Shown here: in pieces, positions 26,769-39,846 of the stretch | Layout of the letters: each line of letters starts with the position of its first letter | How positions within the stretch are numbered: the stretch's first letter is position 1 | Origin: Chiloscyllium plagiosum | Lineage: Eukaryota | Direction: 5' to 3' | Length of the DNA stretch: 64,000 bases | Assembly: GCF_004010195.1 (NCBI RefSeq) | Contig: NC_057719.1 | Span: forward strand, 31,732,883-31,796,882 | The notes under the pieces: model-generated | What the model saw: the letters and a program-made list of their open reading frames with translations, nothing else | Databases searched by the model: none | Told to the model about the DNA's origin: nothing | Made by a program: the position numbers and the translations under genes

Positions 26769-26925
26769 CAGAGGAACCTCGATTATCCAAAGGACACAAG
26801 TGGACAGTATTTTGTTTGGTCAATCGAATTCCAGATAATCGAATGCCAGATCATCGGGACCTTGAGATCTTGCCAGATAATCCGATATTCAGAAAATCGG
26901 ATGCCAGATAATTGAGGTTCTTCTG
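26769..26925. mobile_element. Tc1/mariner (Tigger/pogo-like) MITE
   Basis: TA|cagaggaacctcgattatc ... gataattgaggttcttctg|TA: about 19-bp imperfect TIRs with TA TSD. Confidence 0.85.
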
Positions 26926-26959
26926 TATTGGGATTTGCCTTGCTTGCTGTGAGGTTGAC

Positions 26960-27600
26960 TTTCTGTTTGACATCCTGTGGGATATCCTGTGGCAGGGGTT
27001 TTCATGCTGCAGAGTTTCCGCTTCTGTAATCCTGGAATCCCCCATAGAAATACATGACTAACCCAGCAAAGCTGAGTTCTGATTAATATGCTATCAATGC
27101 CATGTACGCAGCGATAAGCAAGAACCTCTGCAAGGTTGACCATGCTGCTTGATGTTGCAATTAGATGGTGAAAATGGAGTGCTTCTGACTGCTTTATGTC
27201 AGTAGGTTGCACAAATCTCACACCCATTAACAAATTATGCAAGAATCACTGACTGTTAAACTTTGACCATTGTTCTGAGATGACCTCCATGTTTTTTCTG
27301 AGGTTTGTGAATGTATCTGCCAAATGCTGAGCTTGTTTTTGCCAGATGATGGTTTATTTAATCATTTGTCAGAGCCTAATTGAAGAGAATAGTCCCAAGA
27401 TGGCAAATTTTTGGTACTGAATGGAGGGGTGTGTTGTTACGAATGACTGTACGGTTTTTCAGTAGGTGTTCAATATGAATTGATACGAGATCTCTGTCTT
27501 CTTCGTACAGATGAGTCTCATGTTCTTATTCAAAGTGTCATTGTTACGTCCTTTAAGTTATGCATTTCCTTCCAAGCCTGATTGCTCTTCCTTTCCTTAT
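26960..27600 (-). mobile_element. Old RTE-clade LINE fragment
   Basis: HLAKTSSAFGR and NLAEVLA..HGIDSILIRTQLCWVSHV resemble the RTE RT C-terminus. Confidence 0.6.
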
Positions 27601-27654
27601 AAGGTATTTGTCATTTCAGACCTCTCACATTGGGGTAGCCATTTTTAATCACAT

Positions 27655-28010
27655 GGGTGGCACAGTGGCTGAGTGGTTAGCACTGCTACCTCACAGCACA
27701 AGAGACCCACATTCAATTCTACCCTTGGGACACTGTTTGGAGTTTGCACATTCTCTCTGAGTCTGTGTGAGTTTTTTCTGGGTGCTCTGGTCTCCTCCCA
27801 TAATTATAAAGATATGCAGGTTAGGTGGATCGGCCCATGCTAAATTGCCCATAATGTCCAGGCATGTGCAGGCTAGGTGGATTTGCCATGGGAAATGCAG
27901 GGTTACAGGGATGGAGTAGGATGTCGGGTCTGTGTGGAATGCTGTTTGGAAGGTCATGTGGACTTGATGGGTCAAATGTCCTGCTTCCACACTGTGGAGA
28001 TTCTATGATT
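27655..28010 (+). mobile_element. HE1-type V-SINE (older variant)
   Basis: tRNA-like head, V-core, duplicated gtgcagg.taggtggat unit, ttctatgatt tail. Confidence 0.85.
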
Positions 28011-29328
28011 TTGTCAGGCCAAAGTATTTTGAGGCTATGACAAAATAATCAAGAAGCAACTGAAATAAAAACAGGAAGTGCTGGAGAGTCCCAGACAGTC
28101 TGGTCCCATCAGTTGAGAAAGAAACCAAGTTAATCTTTCCAGCCCAATGTCCCCTGGAGTATGTTCTACAAGAGCACAGTCATTTGTTAACAAGATTTCA
28201 CTCGGTAGCTGTTCATTAACCTTTGAGCAAGCCTTTAGCCTTTACAAATTGTTCTGACTTGTATGTCTACTCCCCTGTCAAGATCTTTGCATATGTATTG
28301 AAGTATGGCTGAAAGTATGTGAGAGTCAGAGCCAAATATAAAGCCTTGGTTGCTGCCACTGGTGACAGGAAAGACATCCAATTATGCCCCAGTTTGCATT
28401 ACACTGGCTATCATGACATTCTGAAATGAGTGAATGACATTGATCATCTTTTCCTGGGAAGCATATTTGTGCAGGGTAAGACAAAGTAGTCCACAAAAAC
28501 TTGGGGAAAAATAGCAGGACAATGAGCTGTATTCTCAGTTTTTTGAGATTGACAGTAGTGTAATCCTCTGGGGTCTCCCAAAGAATAACTAAGTTTGTTT
28601 TTTTGCTCAACATAATGTGGATCCAGCAGGAAAACAATATTTTGTTGGCTCCACAACAATGCATTTGATACATGCTCATTCACCCTAACTGTATCTACTC
28701 ATGTACTGGCTCAGATGCTGAATCAGTTGACTTTGGAAAGCTTCAGCTGTGAGCTTAAACAAGAATTGTTTTTTTTCTCTCTCTTTCTGTTTTTGTTTTT
28801 GTTCCTGTTTTTGTTTCAGATCTCCATCATTTGTAATTCTTTGTTTTATTTTCGGATATGAGCTTCATTGGCATATCCAATTTTCCAGTAGCTATCCTCA
28901 GTTTGCTGATATAATAGAAATGAGACCTGAGACTTGAAAGGAGAATTTTTAGGTTAGGCTATGGGTGTAAATTTTCAGCATGCCTCCGGTTTAGTGCCAG
29001 TTCTGAGTGATAAAGCAAATCTTTAACCCTTGAAGTTATTTTACAGAGTAACAAAATTTCTGAGAAAGTTTCCTTGGAATTTTAATATTTCATGTTTCAA
29101 TTTACTGTCATTCTAGATTTTTAATTTATTACACACATTTAGCAGAGGAAATACATTTGTTTTTTTTTCTCCCTTATTTTTTAACTTTGTGGAAGACCCA
29201 GTCTGTTTTATTAAGTGCAGTGGTTTATATCAGATTCTTTGACATTATCTGCCTACCTTGATAGGTGCACAAATACATTTATCATGCACTACCATTAACC
29301 TTGCAAGGTAGATGTGTAAGCACATATG

Positions 29329-29463
29329 TTAAAAAATCATACAACATCATGTTATAGTCCAACAGGCTTATTTGGAAGCACTAGCCTTCAGAGCTCTGTT
29401 CCTGTATCAGGTGGTTGTACACCCCTTTGTACACCCCATTCCAAAACTGGCACCTCCAAATCA
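29329..29463. mobile_element. Short PLE pLTR insert, family B
   Basis: 12-bp TSD taagcacatatg at 29317-29328 and 29464-29475; inverted pLTR arm followed by sense tail ctttgtacacccc...ctccaaatca. Confidence 0.85.
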
Positions 29464-30904
29464 TAAGCACATATGGAAATTCTAAAATGGCAACTGTGAA
29501 ATTTCAAAGGTAACGGAGTGAAAATTGTAGAATGTCAATCTTTAAATTTCAGCTCTGACAGGTTATACAGTATTCTACAGGTGGCATTCTTATGGACTAA
29601 CAGGACTAAATTATAAACTTAATCCTCTGCTTCTATGGATCATCCAGGAACTCTACTCACTGGAGATGTGGATTCGAGCTACAAAGTTGCACCTCAGTTA
29701 TCTGACCTGCAATCCTATTGGGAGTGTAGAATTGTAGAAACACCTCTACAGGGTTTGTTACAATCTTCAACACATGTGCTTACAATAATTCTTGTAAATA
29801 ATTCTCATCATTGATCAGAACTTTATTCAGCTACTTTACAAGGGGAGTACCTAGCAAGGCTTTATCTTTTATGATGAACAAATATGATGGAGTAGACATT
29901 TCAAATATTGTTCTTGAGAATGTTGGACTTGCTAGAATTGCTGAAAGTCAACAGGGATAACTGCACACTGGTACTAGATTCTGGTATGGAAAATTTGATT
30001 CATTTTGCTCAATTTCCTGCTATACACTGGTGCCAGTCAATTGTGTAGAGTTAAGCACAGTAATAGGGATTTATCTCCAACTGTGTTCATTGCTATTCTT
30101 ATTTGTCACCTGCTAATTTCATATCAATGTCTTCAATTGCTGAAGTAACAGTTTAGATGCAGTAATTTGTTCATTTGACCATTATTTATGGCCATTGCAG
30201 TTTTAATGACCTGTGTCTAGCCTCTTTCACCTTGCGTCTTCTATGCTTTATGATTTGGAAGATCTCGAAGGAAACCGTCTCTCTTTATTTTATCCAGTGA
30301 GTCAAATACAACCCTGTACATTACTGCTTGCTTCAGAAAAAGCCCTACTTCAAGAAAGAAGTGCTTGATGATACATTGAAATGAACTGTCAAAACACTTA
30401 ATTGTTTGTGCGCAGTATCATCAGGGTGGTGCTGACACATGCACTCTCTTCTTTTGTCTTTTCCCTTTCAGACAGGGGGAAAAAAAAAGCCTCTTCTCTC
30501 TTCCCTAATGAACAAAAACAGGATGTGTACAGGTTCTAATTGTACAGGATTAAAACAACTTGCTTCATGTAAACCATTCAAAGGAAGAAATTAATGAACC
30601 TGCACTATAAGCAGCTGCTCAATACTTAGTAAGATTATTTTACCTGTATTAGGCAGAGAGATATAATTTCAAAGTTCTTGCCTGGCTAGTTACAAAGTAG
30701 TAAGTGGTTCTGCATGCTATTCCCACTCAGATCAATCCTGTATATTGTTGAAACATATTCTATTTTTTTTTGTTTTTATTGAGGTGGAAGCAATTTTAAT
30801 TTTTAAGTGACCTTTATGTAATTATGCATATTGTGTTTAATAGAACAGAAACAGTGTATGTGTTAATTATTTTCAAAAGAGAAAAGAGTAGGAATGCTTA
30901 AACC

Positions 30905-31205
30905 ACCTCAATGGAGAGATCAATGACCTGGGGGCATCAATTTATGTTAAGGGGAAGAAGGTTCAGAGATGTGAGGAACAATGTGTTCACTCAGAGTGTG
31001 GTGGGAATCTGGTATCTCACTGCTTGTAAGGATGGTGGGGGCAGGAACCCTCATAATATTTAAGAAGTATTTCGATGCCAAGGCATTCAAAGCTATGGGC
31101 CAAATTTTGGAAAATGGGATTTGAACAATTAGGTGATTGTTTGTGGTTGCAATAGACTGGAGAGTCTTTTTATGTTCTGCCTATCTCTACAACTCTATGA
31201 CTTTA
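30905..31205 (+). mobile_element. Old CR1 3' end
   Basis: ttcactcagagtgtggtgggaatctgg...ctctatgact tail. Confidence 0.7.
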
Positions 31206-31559
31206 TGTAAATCAAGTTTCAACTAACCAAAGAACTTAATGCTTGAATAAAATACTTAATTTAAAAGCCAATTTGCTTTTACATTGTAATAACACACAAA
31301 AAAGTAAAACATAAGGCTCATGGAAGATATTACAGTTTTGCGTACATCCAGAAAATGGCATCATTCATTTGTAGCACTGTTAATAATGAAGAGCCCGGTT
31401 TTAAACATTATATCTGTAAATTAGCAACTATCAATCTGTGGTTAACAATTTGTTAATATTTACAAATACAATTTAGTCAATGTAGGATCGAGCAATTTCC
31501 CCATCATCTAAAATACTGGACAAAACCCTGGACCTTTTCAATATCTAAACTATTGGGCA

Positions 31560-31760
31560 TGATTTGAAGATGCCGGTATTGGACTGGGGTGTACAAAGTT
31601 AAATATCACACAACACCAGGTTATAGTCCAACAGGTTTATTTGGAAGCACTAGCTTTCGGAGTGCTGCCCCTTCATCAGGTGGTTGAGAACGTTGAAAGC
31701 AAGTGCTTCCAAATAAACCTGTTGGATTATAACCTGGTGTTGTGTGATCTTTAACTCAAA
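31560..31760. mobile_element. Fold-back PLE pLTR insert, family B
   Basis: Inverted arms cacacaacaccaggttatagtccaacaggtttatttggaagcact / agtgcttccaaataaacctgttggattataacctggtgttgtgtg; 9-bp TSD tattgggca at 31551-31559 and 31761-31769. Confidence 0.9.
31648..31682 (-). ncRNA. Minimal hammerhead ribozyme motif, intact core
   Basis: cac-CTGATGA-a-gggg cagca ctcc-GAAA-GC-TA-gtg; palindromic AGCU stem III. Confidence 0.75.
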
Positions 31761-33055
31761 TATTGGGCAAAACCCTGAACTCAGGTTGCAGCAGGTACAC
31801 AACAAAGCTAGCAGAATGGGAATTTCTATCTGGGACTACTGTTCAGCCAGGAATTCCAATTTACACCTCGACTCTGAAAGAAAAATCAACCAACACTGAC
31901 AAGACTCTAGCATAAGCCAACTTTTACACCTCAGATTACCCAGATAGTTTGGGATATTCAACTTCAATCAAAATCCATTCACACATACTTTTAATGATCA
32001 GGAAACCAATTGGCTTCAGAAGAAAAATCACAAACACAATGGACAGCACAGATTTGAGGGGAGATGACAGGGCACACAGTCTGTATCACTGCCAGCCCAA
32101 TCTCACTTGGGAGAAATAGCAAGCTTCTGCACATACAGCTTCCCCACAGTCTTCTAGCTCCAACAAGCAGCTTCGGAACGAAGATCCACAGAGGCTGAAC
32201 AGAGAAGCTGAATTGGGAAGCTAAACCAAGAGCATCATTGGAACAAAGGACATCCAAGATGAGGGAAGCTAACCAAGTGCTATCTGAACAAGAACTACTC
32301 AACACAGCCTGTTCTGAATAAGATTTGGAGATGCTGGTGTTGGACTGGGGTGTACAAAGTTCAAAATCACACAACACAGGTTATAGTCTAACAGGTTTAT
32401 TTGAAGCACTAGCTTTTGGAGCGCTGCTGCTTTATCAGGTGGTTGTGGAGTATAAGATCTTAAGACACAGAATTTAGAGCAAAAGTTTACAGTGTGATGT
32501 AACTGAAATTATATATTGAAAAAGACCTGGATTATTTGTTAAGTCTCTCATCTTTCAGAATAACAATGTTGGTTTCAGTTCTTTCATATGTAAAATCGCA
32601 GAACTTTTTCAAACTTACATTCTCAAGTGAACTTTAACATTGGTTTCATGTCAGCCCAGATAATGCATTGAAGGTGTGAGGTGCCCTGTGTGAGACTGTG
32701 TGTACTATAATATTCAGACTGATTCTAATCTAAAAAATTGATTTACAGAATCTTACATGGATTCATGCAGTTTTTGAGCAAAATAAAATGTAATTCTGCA
32801 AGTACAAATTCACCCCCACAAGCTTATATGTGTATGTGTGCATATGTGTGACTGTGTGTATATAGGAGTGTGTGTGTGTGTATGTATGAGTGTCTGTGTC
32901 TGTGTGTGTGCGTCTGTGTGTGTCTCTGTGTGTCTGTCTGTGTAGTGCAGTGCGGTCACCTGTAGTGTGACATGAACCCAAGGTCCGGGTTGAGGTCATC
33001 CCCACAGGTACCGAACTTGGCTATCAACCACTAATCGGCCACTTTGCGTTGTTGC

Positions 33056-34299
33056 CTAACCTGAAGTCCGCCTTGGAGGATGGTCACCCGAAGATCTAAG
33101 GTTGAATGTCCCAGACCGTTGAAGTGTTCTCTGACGGAGGCAATAGTCCTGTCTGGTGATTGTTGTGCAGTGTCCATTCATCCGTTGCCGTAGTCTCTGC
33201 TCAGTCTTGCCAATGTACCATGCCTCAGGGCATCCTTGTAGGCAACGCATGAGATAGACAACGTTGACTGTATCACATGACAATCTGCGGCATACATGGT
33301 TGGTGGTGTCCCCACGTGTATTGGTGGCTTCTGTGTCGACACTCTGACACGTCTTGCAGCGTCAATGGTGACAAGGTTATGTGGTATTGTCCTGAAAGTC
33401 CTGGAGCACTGCTGCTTTATCAGATGGTTGTGGAGTATAAGATCTTAAGACACAGAATTTATTCAGTTTGCTATGAACAATGATCTGTTTGAGGTTTGGT
33501 GTTATTTAAAGGTGAGAAGTGGAGGTGTGGGGAAAATCTTGGCGAGGTGCTCATCCTCATTGATGATATGTTGCAGGCTGTGAAAAACATGGCGTAGTTT
33601 TTCAGCTCCTGGGAAGTACTGGACAATGATGGGTACCCTGTCGGTTGCAGCACGTGTCTGTCTCCTGAGGAGGTCATTACGGTTTCTTGCTGTGGCATGT
33701 CGGAACTGGCGGATGATGAGTTGAGCATCGTCGCCGTTCTTATGAGGGCATCCTTGAGTACTTCCAGGTGCTTGTCTTGTTCCTCCTCATCTGAACAGAT
33801 CCTGTGTATGCGTAGGGCTTGTCCACAGGGGATGACTGTTTTAATATGTTTTGGGTGGAGGCTGGAGAAGTGTAGCATTGTGAAGTTATTCGTGGGTTTG
33901 CGGTAGAGTGAGGTTCTGAGGTGCCCATCCTTGATGGAGACGCATGTGTCCAAGAATGAGACAGATGAGAGTAGTCCATGGTGAGTTTGATGGTGAGATG
34001 AACTCGTTGATATCACTGTGTAGCTTTCTCAGTGACTCCTCGCCATGGATCAAGAGGAAGAAGATGTCACCAATGAACCTGGTATATAGTGTTGCTTGGA
34101 GGTCCTACATACAGAAGAAGTCTTTTTCAAACCTGTGCATGAAGATGTTGGCATACTGGGGTGCAAATTTGATCCCCATGGCTGTTCTGTGTGTCTGGAT
34201 GAATAACTGGTGGTCAAAGGTGAAAATATTGTGGTCGAGGATAAAGCGGATCAGTTGTAGGACAGTGCTCGGAGATTGGCAGTTGTTGGTGAAACACAC
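33056..34299 (-). pseudogene. PLE reverse transcriptase / GIY-YIG endonuclease, frameshifted
   Basis: QTHRTAMGIKFAPQYANIFM, VSFLDT, LYRKPT, IHRICS, VVYLMRC...WYIGKTEQRLRQRMNGH. Confidence 0.9.
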
Positions 34300-34670
34300 T
34301 CAGCTGAAACACATACACAACCAACACAGACAGACAGATGCACACACACAGACAGACGCGCACACAAACAGACACAGACACAGATACACAGACACTCCTA
34401 CACATGGACACTCATACACACAGACACACTCCTACAGGCACACACCCTCCTACAGACCCATACACTCATGGAGACTCTCTCTCATACACAAGCTCTCTCG
34501 CATATGCTCAGACACACTCTCCCACACTCACACGCACCCTCTCCATGCACCCTCTCACAGACTTATACCCCTTTACACTCACACTCACACATATACATAC
34601 ACTCTCTCACAGACATTCATACCCCCCCTCCCTACCACACACACACACACACACATACACAGACACACAC
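34295..34670. repeat. CA-rich low-complexity tract in pLTR (mirror TG tract at 32825-32945)
   Basis: acacacagacacac-type repeats. Confidence 0.9.
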
Positions 34671-35007
34671 GTTTGTGGGGTGAATTTGTATTTGCAGAAT
34701 TACATTTTATTTTGCCCAACAACTGCATGAATCCATGTAAGGTTCTGTAAATCCATTTTTTAGAATAGAATCATTCTGACCATTGTGGCACAGACAGCCT
34801 CGCACAGGGCACCTCAAACCTTAAATGCATTATCATGACACCAATTGTTAAAGTTCACTTGAGAATGTAACTTTAAAAAAGTTCTTATGAAAGAACTGAA
34901 ATCAACATGTTTATTCCCAAGCAATCCAGTTCTTTTTCTATATATAATTTACATCACACTGTAAACTTTTGCTATAAATTCTGTCTTACAATCTTATACT
35001 CCACAAC

Positions 35008-35042
35008 CACCTGATGAAGGAGCAGCACTCTGAAAGCTAGTG
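35008..35042 (+). ncRNA. Minimal hammerhead ribozyme motif, intact core
   Basis: cac-CTGATGA-a-ggag cagca ctct-GAAA-GC-TA-gtg; predicted cleavage after 35039. Confidence 0.75.
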
Positions 35043-35209
35043 CCTCCAAATAAACCTGTTGGCCTATAACCTGGTGTGGTGCAATTTTTAACTTTGCTCT
35101 GAACAAAGAGAACTGACAGCAAGAACGTGACCAACTGCATTTCTCAATGGTGAGCTGAAATTCCTGAGATCCCAAAGTTACAACCTAGCGAGCAGGGAAG
35201 GGAAGAGTC

Positions 35210-35398
35210 AAAAAAACTGTAGATGCTGGAATCCACAGTAGACAAACAGGAATCCAAAATAGACAATCAGGAGGTTGGAAATGCGTAGCAAGGCAGGCAG
35301 AATCTGAAGGTGCAGAAGTGAATATTTAGAGTATAAGTTTTTTTCAGGAATGGAGGACACATCTAGTCCTGAAGAAGAGTTATATATAAAATGTTGAT
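35210..35398. mobile_element. Degenerate inverted PLE pLTR remnant
   Basis: ctgtagatgctggaatc...ggcaggcagaatctg on one arm; tcctgaagaagagttatatataaaatgttga is a decayed hammerhead-like core. Confidence 0.5.
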
Positions 35399-36694
35399 AA
35401 ATAAGGAGAAATTATTTCCAATGGCAAAAAATTGATAAGCAAAAGACATAAATTGAAAATAATAGACAAAAAAGAAGAACTGTCAATACAATAAGATGCC
35501 TGAAAATTGGTGGTAGAAGGAAAATCAATAATGACAACCAAAATGATAAATGCTGGAATGGAAATTATTTGCTGTGCTTTGGGGAAAGGGACTAATTGGA
35601 TAGCTCTTTCAGAGTCAATACAATCAATATAGTCATGATGACATCCTTCTGTGCTGTCTTACTCATCTTCTCAAAGGAGCTTTCTCGATCCTTTGAGAGT
35701 TTCCAAACATTGGCTTTTGCTGTGACTTGACTATGGAGAAGGGCAAAGAGGCAGGCCCCAAGTCGACCTCATCCAGAACACAGTTCAACATGTTGTTGAT
35801 GCTTTTCTGAACTAAATGCTCACCAGCCAGCTCGAACTGGACCCCTACTGTATCATTCTGTGAATACAAATCTCGTTGTGATTCAATAAAGTTCAATTCA
35901 GTTATTTGGATTCAATTAGAATTATTTATTTTAATTATGTACACTTTAAGTGAAAGTATTGAAAAGCTAGGCTGAAAGAATTATGCTTGATCCATCAAAA
36001 CCCAACTTCCAGGACAATAAGGCTACAATAAAGCTGACTTATGCACACAAGTGAAGCAGTTTCTATTTTGCAAAAGTGATAGCAACATTACTCTTGAGTC
36101 AGCTACTGATCTGACTTGAAAGTGGTATGAGACCATTTCAACTTTCTTGACTGACACTGCAGGGTACAACTCCAGTGTGGTTTGAAAGTGTTCACTCTGT
36201 TGGGTCCTCTTTGAATTTAGTGAGTCTGTTGCAGAATCCTTTTCAATGATTTTAAAAGCAGATTCTCTGACTTACATGATCGATACAATAAATATTTAGT
36301 GGCTGGGAAGCTGAACTGAATGAATATATGTATGTATGGAAATCTTTCCTGGTGCGCAGGCTACTGGTTATGGCTTCAGGCGATTCACATTTTAATAGCA
36401 ATCTTGCTGGCAGCACTTCCCAGTGGGCAGTTCATATTTCCTGACTACACATACACAATAGCTGCAGTCTAATTCTCTAATGTAGGATTTCATAGTCTCA
36501 ATGATTTTGCCCCTTATTATCATGCTTAGTAGCTTTACAAACATATCACTTTTTGAGCAGACATATTTCAGCTATCTAGTCTAAATTTGCAGTTCACTAA
36601 CTCCTTTATCTGATCTTGCATTCTTGGAGAACAATTCTAATGAAATAATGAAAATAATTTTAATTTTAAAAGTTTAAGCTAGTTTTTCCTTCTC

Positions 36695-37030
36695 TTAGGC
36701 AGCACCTTGGGATTGAGGATAATCTGCTTCCAGCTCTAAGGTTCTGCAATGACTGATAAATTCATTGTATTATCTGACGCAGATCCTGTTACACTGTGGG
36801 AAAGGCTGTTTGATAAGTTGAGTAGATAGATTGTTTGGAGTATGTGCGCCCCATCTGATACTTACCTTTGCCTCTCAATGTTTCTGAAAAAACCTATAGA
36901 AGTGCTTGGTGCCTTTCCACATGACCTCTCTGCATTTTGGTTGGTCCATGAGTTGATGGGTCTGTTGACCTCTTCAGGGATCCTTTCAGGACAGCGCAAA
37001 AGCTTTCAAGTCAGCACTACATCATGAGAG
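36695..37030 (-). mobile_element. Probable RTE LINE 3' end
   Basis: ttaggcagcaccttgggattgaggataatctgcttcca resembles the antisense 3' terminus of vertebrate RTE elements. Confidence 0.4.
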
Positions 37031-37589
37031 TACTGATAGGTCTTATATAAGAACATCTGTAGCAAGCAAACAGAATAAATATGTGAAATTATTATTCAAT
37101 AACCTCAGAAGTAAAATTGGATCAAATGAAAAGCTAAGCTTAATAGATTTTATAAAGTAAAATAGAAAATACATTAAAGTTAATGTAGTCTGGTTGATCT
37201 ACCTATTTAAATTCCAATCTCTTAATGATTACTGTCAGAGACAATTTCCCTTGCAAATTTAAATATTCTTTGTCATTATAAAAGCTGCAATAGATATGTT
37301 CCAATCCAATTTCATGTATTTGCATGTGGTTTGCATTATTTTTGAATTTTAATAAATCTATTATTTCTTTTGCGTGGTCAAGATCTCTGAAGTGATTGCA
37401 CAAGGAAGGCTTCATTCGCCCTCATGGCGAATAATTTTCTGAACGTAAACCTGCAGAACTTCTCATGATACTTAACAGTGAATAGTTTTGTAGCTTCATG
37501 GGAATATTGAAAAGAATGGTGATTTGCAAAATGATGGTTGAACTTTTGAAACTTGTTTATGTTGCAATTAGCTCAAGAACTTGGACACA

Positions 37590-37788
37590 TTGTGAAGGCT
37601 GACTATCCAATGCAGGACTGTGGGAATGCTACACTATCGGAGATGCTGTCTTTTACATGATTCAGGCTCCCATTTGGCTTCTAAGCGGATATAAAAGATT
37701 TACAATGATATTTCAAACAACAGTGGAGAGTTAACCCGGGTGTCCTGGCCAGTATTTATCCCTTAATTAACATAATGAAAGCAGATAT
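37590..37788 (+). mobile_element. Deu-domain SINE (AmnSINE1/SacSINE1-like) central domain
   Basis: ggatataaaagat...gggtgtcctggccagtatttatccct matches the Deu core as recalled; tail-like piece at 40165-40280. Confidence 0.7.
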
Positions 37789-39846
37789 TGCGTGTCCTTG
37801 ATAGGTATGTCCCTGTCAGGCAGGGGGAAAGCGGTAAGGTAAGGGAACCGTGGTTTACTACAGAAATTGCATCTCTTGTTAAGCAGAAGAAGGAGGCTTA
37901 TGTGTTGATGAGGCAAGATGGTTCAGATGAGGCGATGGAGAGTTACGGGATCAGCTAGGAAGGATTTACAGAGAGAGTTAAGAAGAGCAAAGAGAGGACA
38001 CGAACCGTCGTTAGCAAATTGAATAAAGGAGAACCCTAAAGCTTTCTATTGGTATGTAAGGAAGAAGAGGATGACTAGGGTGGGAATAGGGCCAGTCAAA
38101 GGCAGAAGTGGGAAGTTGAAGGTGGACCCTGTGGAGTTCGGAGAGGTGCTAAACAAACATTTCTTATCGGTTTTCACTTAGGAAAAGGAGAATATTGTAG
38201 AGGAGAAGAATGAGGTACAAGATATTAGACTAGAAAGGATCTCGGTTAGTTATGAACGGGTGTTATCAAATCTAGAAGGAGTGAAAGTAGATAAGTCCCC
38301 TGGGCCAGATGGGATATATCTGAGAATTCTCTGGGAAACTAGGGAGGAGATAGCAGAGCCTTTGGCTTTGATATTTGGGTCATCATTGTCTACAGGTTTA
38401 GTACCGGAGGACTGGAGGATTGCAAATGTTGTGCCCTTATTCAAGAAGGGCAGTGGAGATGACCCAGGTAATTATAGACCAATGAGCCTTACTTCTGTTG
38501 TAGGAACAGTTTTAGAAAGGATTATAAAAGATGAGATTTATAATCATCTAGGAAGCAACAATTTGATTTCAGATAGTCAACATGGTTTCATCAAGGGCAG
38601 ATCATGTCTCACAAACCTCATTGAGTTTTTTGAGAAGGTGACCAAGCATGTCGATGAAAGTAGGGCAGTTTGACGTGGTATACATGGACTTTAGTAAAGC
38701 CTTCAATAAGGTTCCACATGGTAGGCTGCTGGAGAAAATGCAGAGGCATGGGATTGAGGGTAATTTAGCAGTTTGGATTAGAAACTGGCTTTCTGAAAGA
38801 AAGCAGCAAGTGGTGGTTGATGGAAAATATTCAGCCTAGAGTCCGGTTACTAGTGGTGTGGCACAAGGATCTGTTTTGGGACCACTTCTGTTTGTCATTT
38901 TCATAAATGACTTAGACGCAGGCATAGGTGGATGGATTAGTAAATTTGCAGATGACACTAAAGTTGGTGGAGTAGTGGACAGTTTAGAAGAATGTTACAG
39001 ATTGCAGGGGGACTTGGATAAACTGCAAGATTGGGCTGAGAGGTGGCAAATAGTGTCAATGCAGCTAAATGTGAGGTGAAACACTTTGGAAAGAATAACA
39101 GGAAGGCAGAGTACTGGGACAATGGAAAGATTCTTGGTAGTGGGGATGGGCAGAGGGATCTTGGAGTCCATGTACATAAATCCCTGAAAGTTGCCACCCA
39201 GGTTGATAGTGCTGTTAAGAAGGCATACAGTGTGTTAGGTTTCATTTGTAGAGGGATTGAGTTCTGGAGCTGCAATATCATGCTGCAACTGTACAAAATG
39301 TTAGTGCGGCCACACTTGGAATATTGTGTACAGTTCTGGTCGCCATATTTCAAGAAGGATGTGGAAGCATTGGAAAAGGTGCAGAGGAGATTTATGAGGA
39401 TGTCACCTGGTCTGGAGGGAAGGTCTTATGAGGAAAGGCTGAGATACTTGGGTCTGTTCTCATTGGAAAGAAAGCAGCTAAAAGGGGATTTGATAGAGAC
39501 ATACAAGATGATCAGAAGATTAAATAGTGTAGACAGTGAAAGTTTTTTTCCTAGGATGATGACGTCAGCTTGTACAAGAGGCCATAACTACAAATTGTGG
39601 GGTGATAGTTTTTACCCAAATGTCAGAAGCAGGTTCTTTACTCAGAGAGCAGTAAGGGCGTGGAATGCCCTACCTGCTAATGTAGTTAACTCAGCTACAT
39701 TAGGGAGATTTAAACAATCCTTGGATGATCACATGGATGATGATGGGATAGTATAGGGAGACGAGCTGAGAATAGTTCATGTGTCGGCGCAACATTGAGG
39801 GCCAAAGCGCCTATTCTGCGCTGTATTGTTCTATGTTCTATGTTCT
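37789..39846 (+). mobile_element. CR1 LINE, 5'-truncated, second subfamily
   Basis: [28 protein letters not shown], 237-aa C-terminal ORF, (ttctatg)n tail. Confidence 0.95.

Larger units (their letters stand above)
32322..35096 (-). mobile_element. Penelope-like element (family B), 5'-truncated, with inverted pLTR copy
   Basis: Minus-strand RT + GIY-YIG body flanked by about 700-800 bp inverted pLTRs (32322-33000 versus 34300-35096), each with a CA/TG-rich tract and a hammerhead motif. Confidence 0.92.

Noticed and set aside
33944..34750. 268-aa plus-strand ORF, the longest in the window
   Set aside because: Antisense to the PLE RT and then runs through CA repeats (H/T-rich); not a credible gene.
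39043..39756. 237-aa ORF as an intact or domesticated gene
   Set aside because: C-terminal piece of a frameshifted, 5'-truncated CR1 ORF2.
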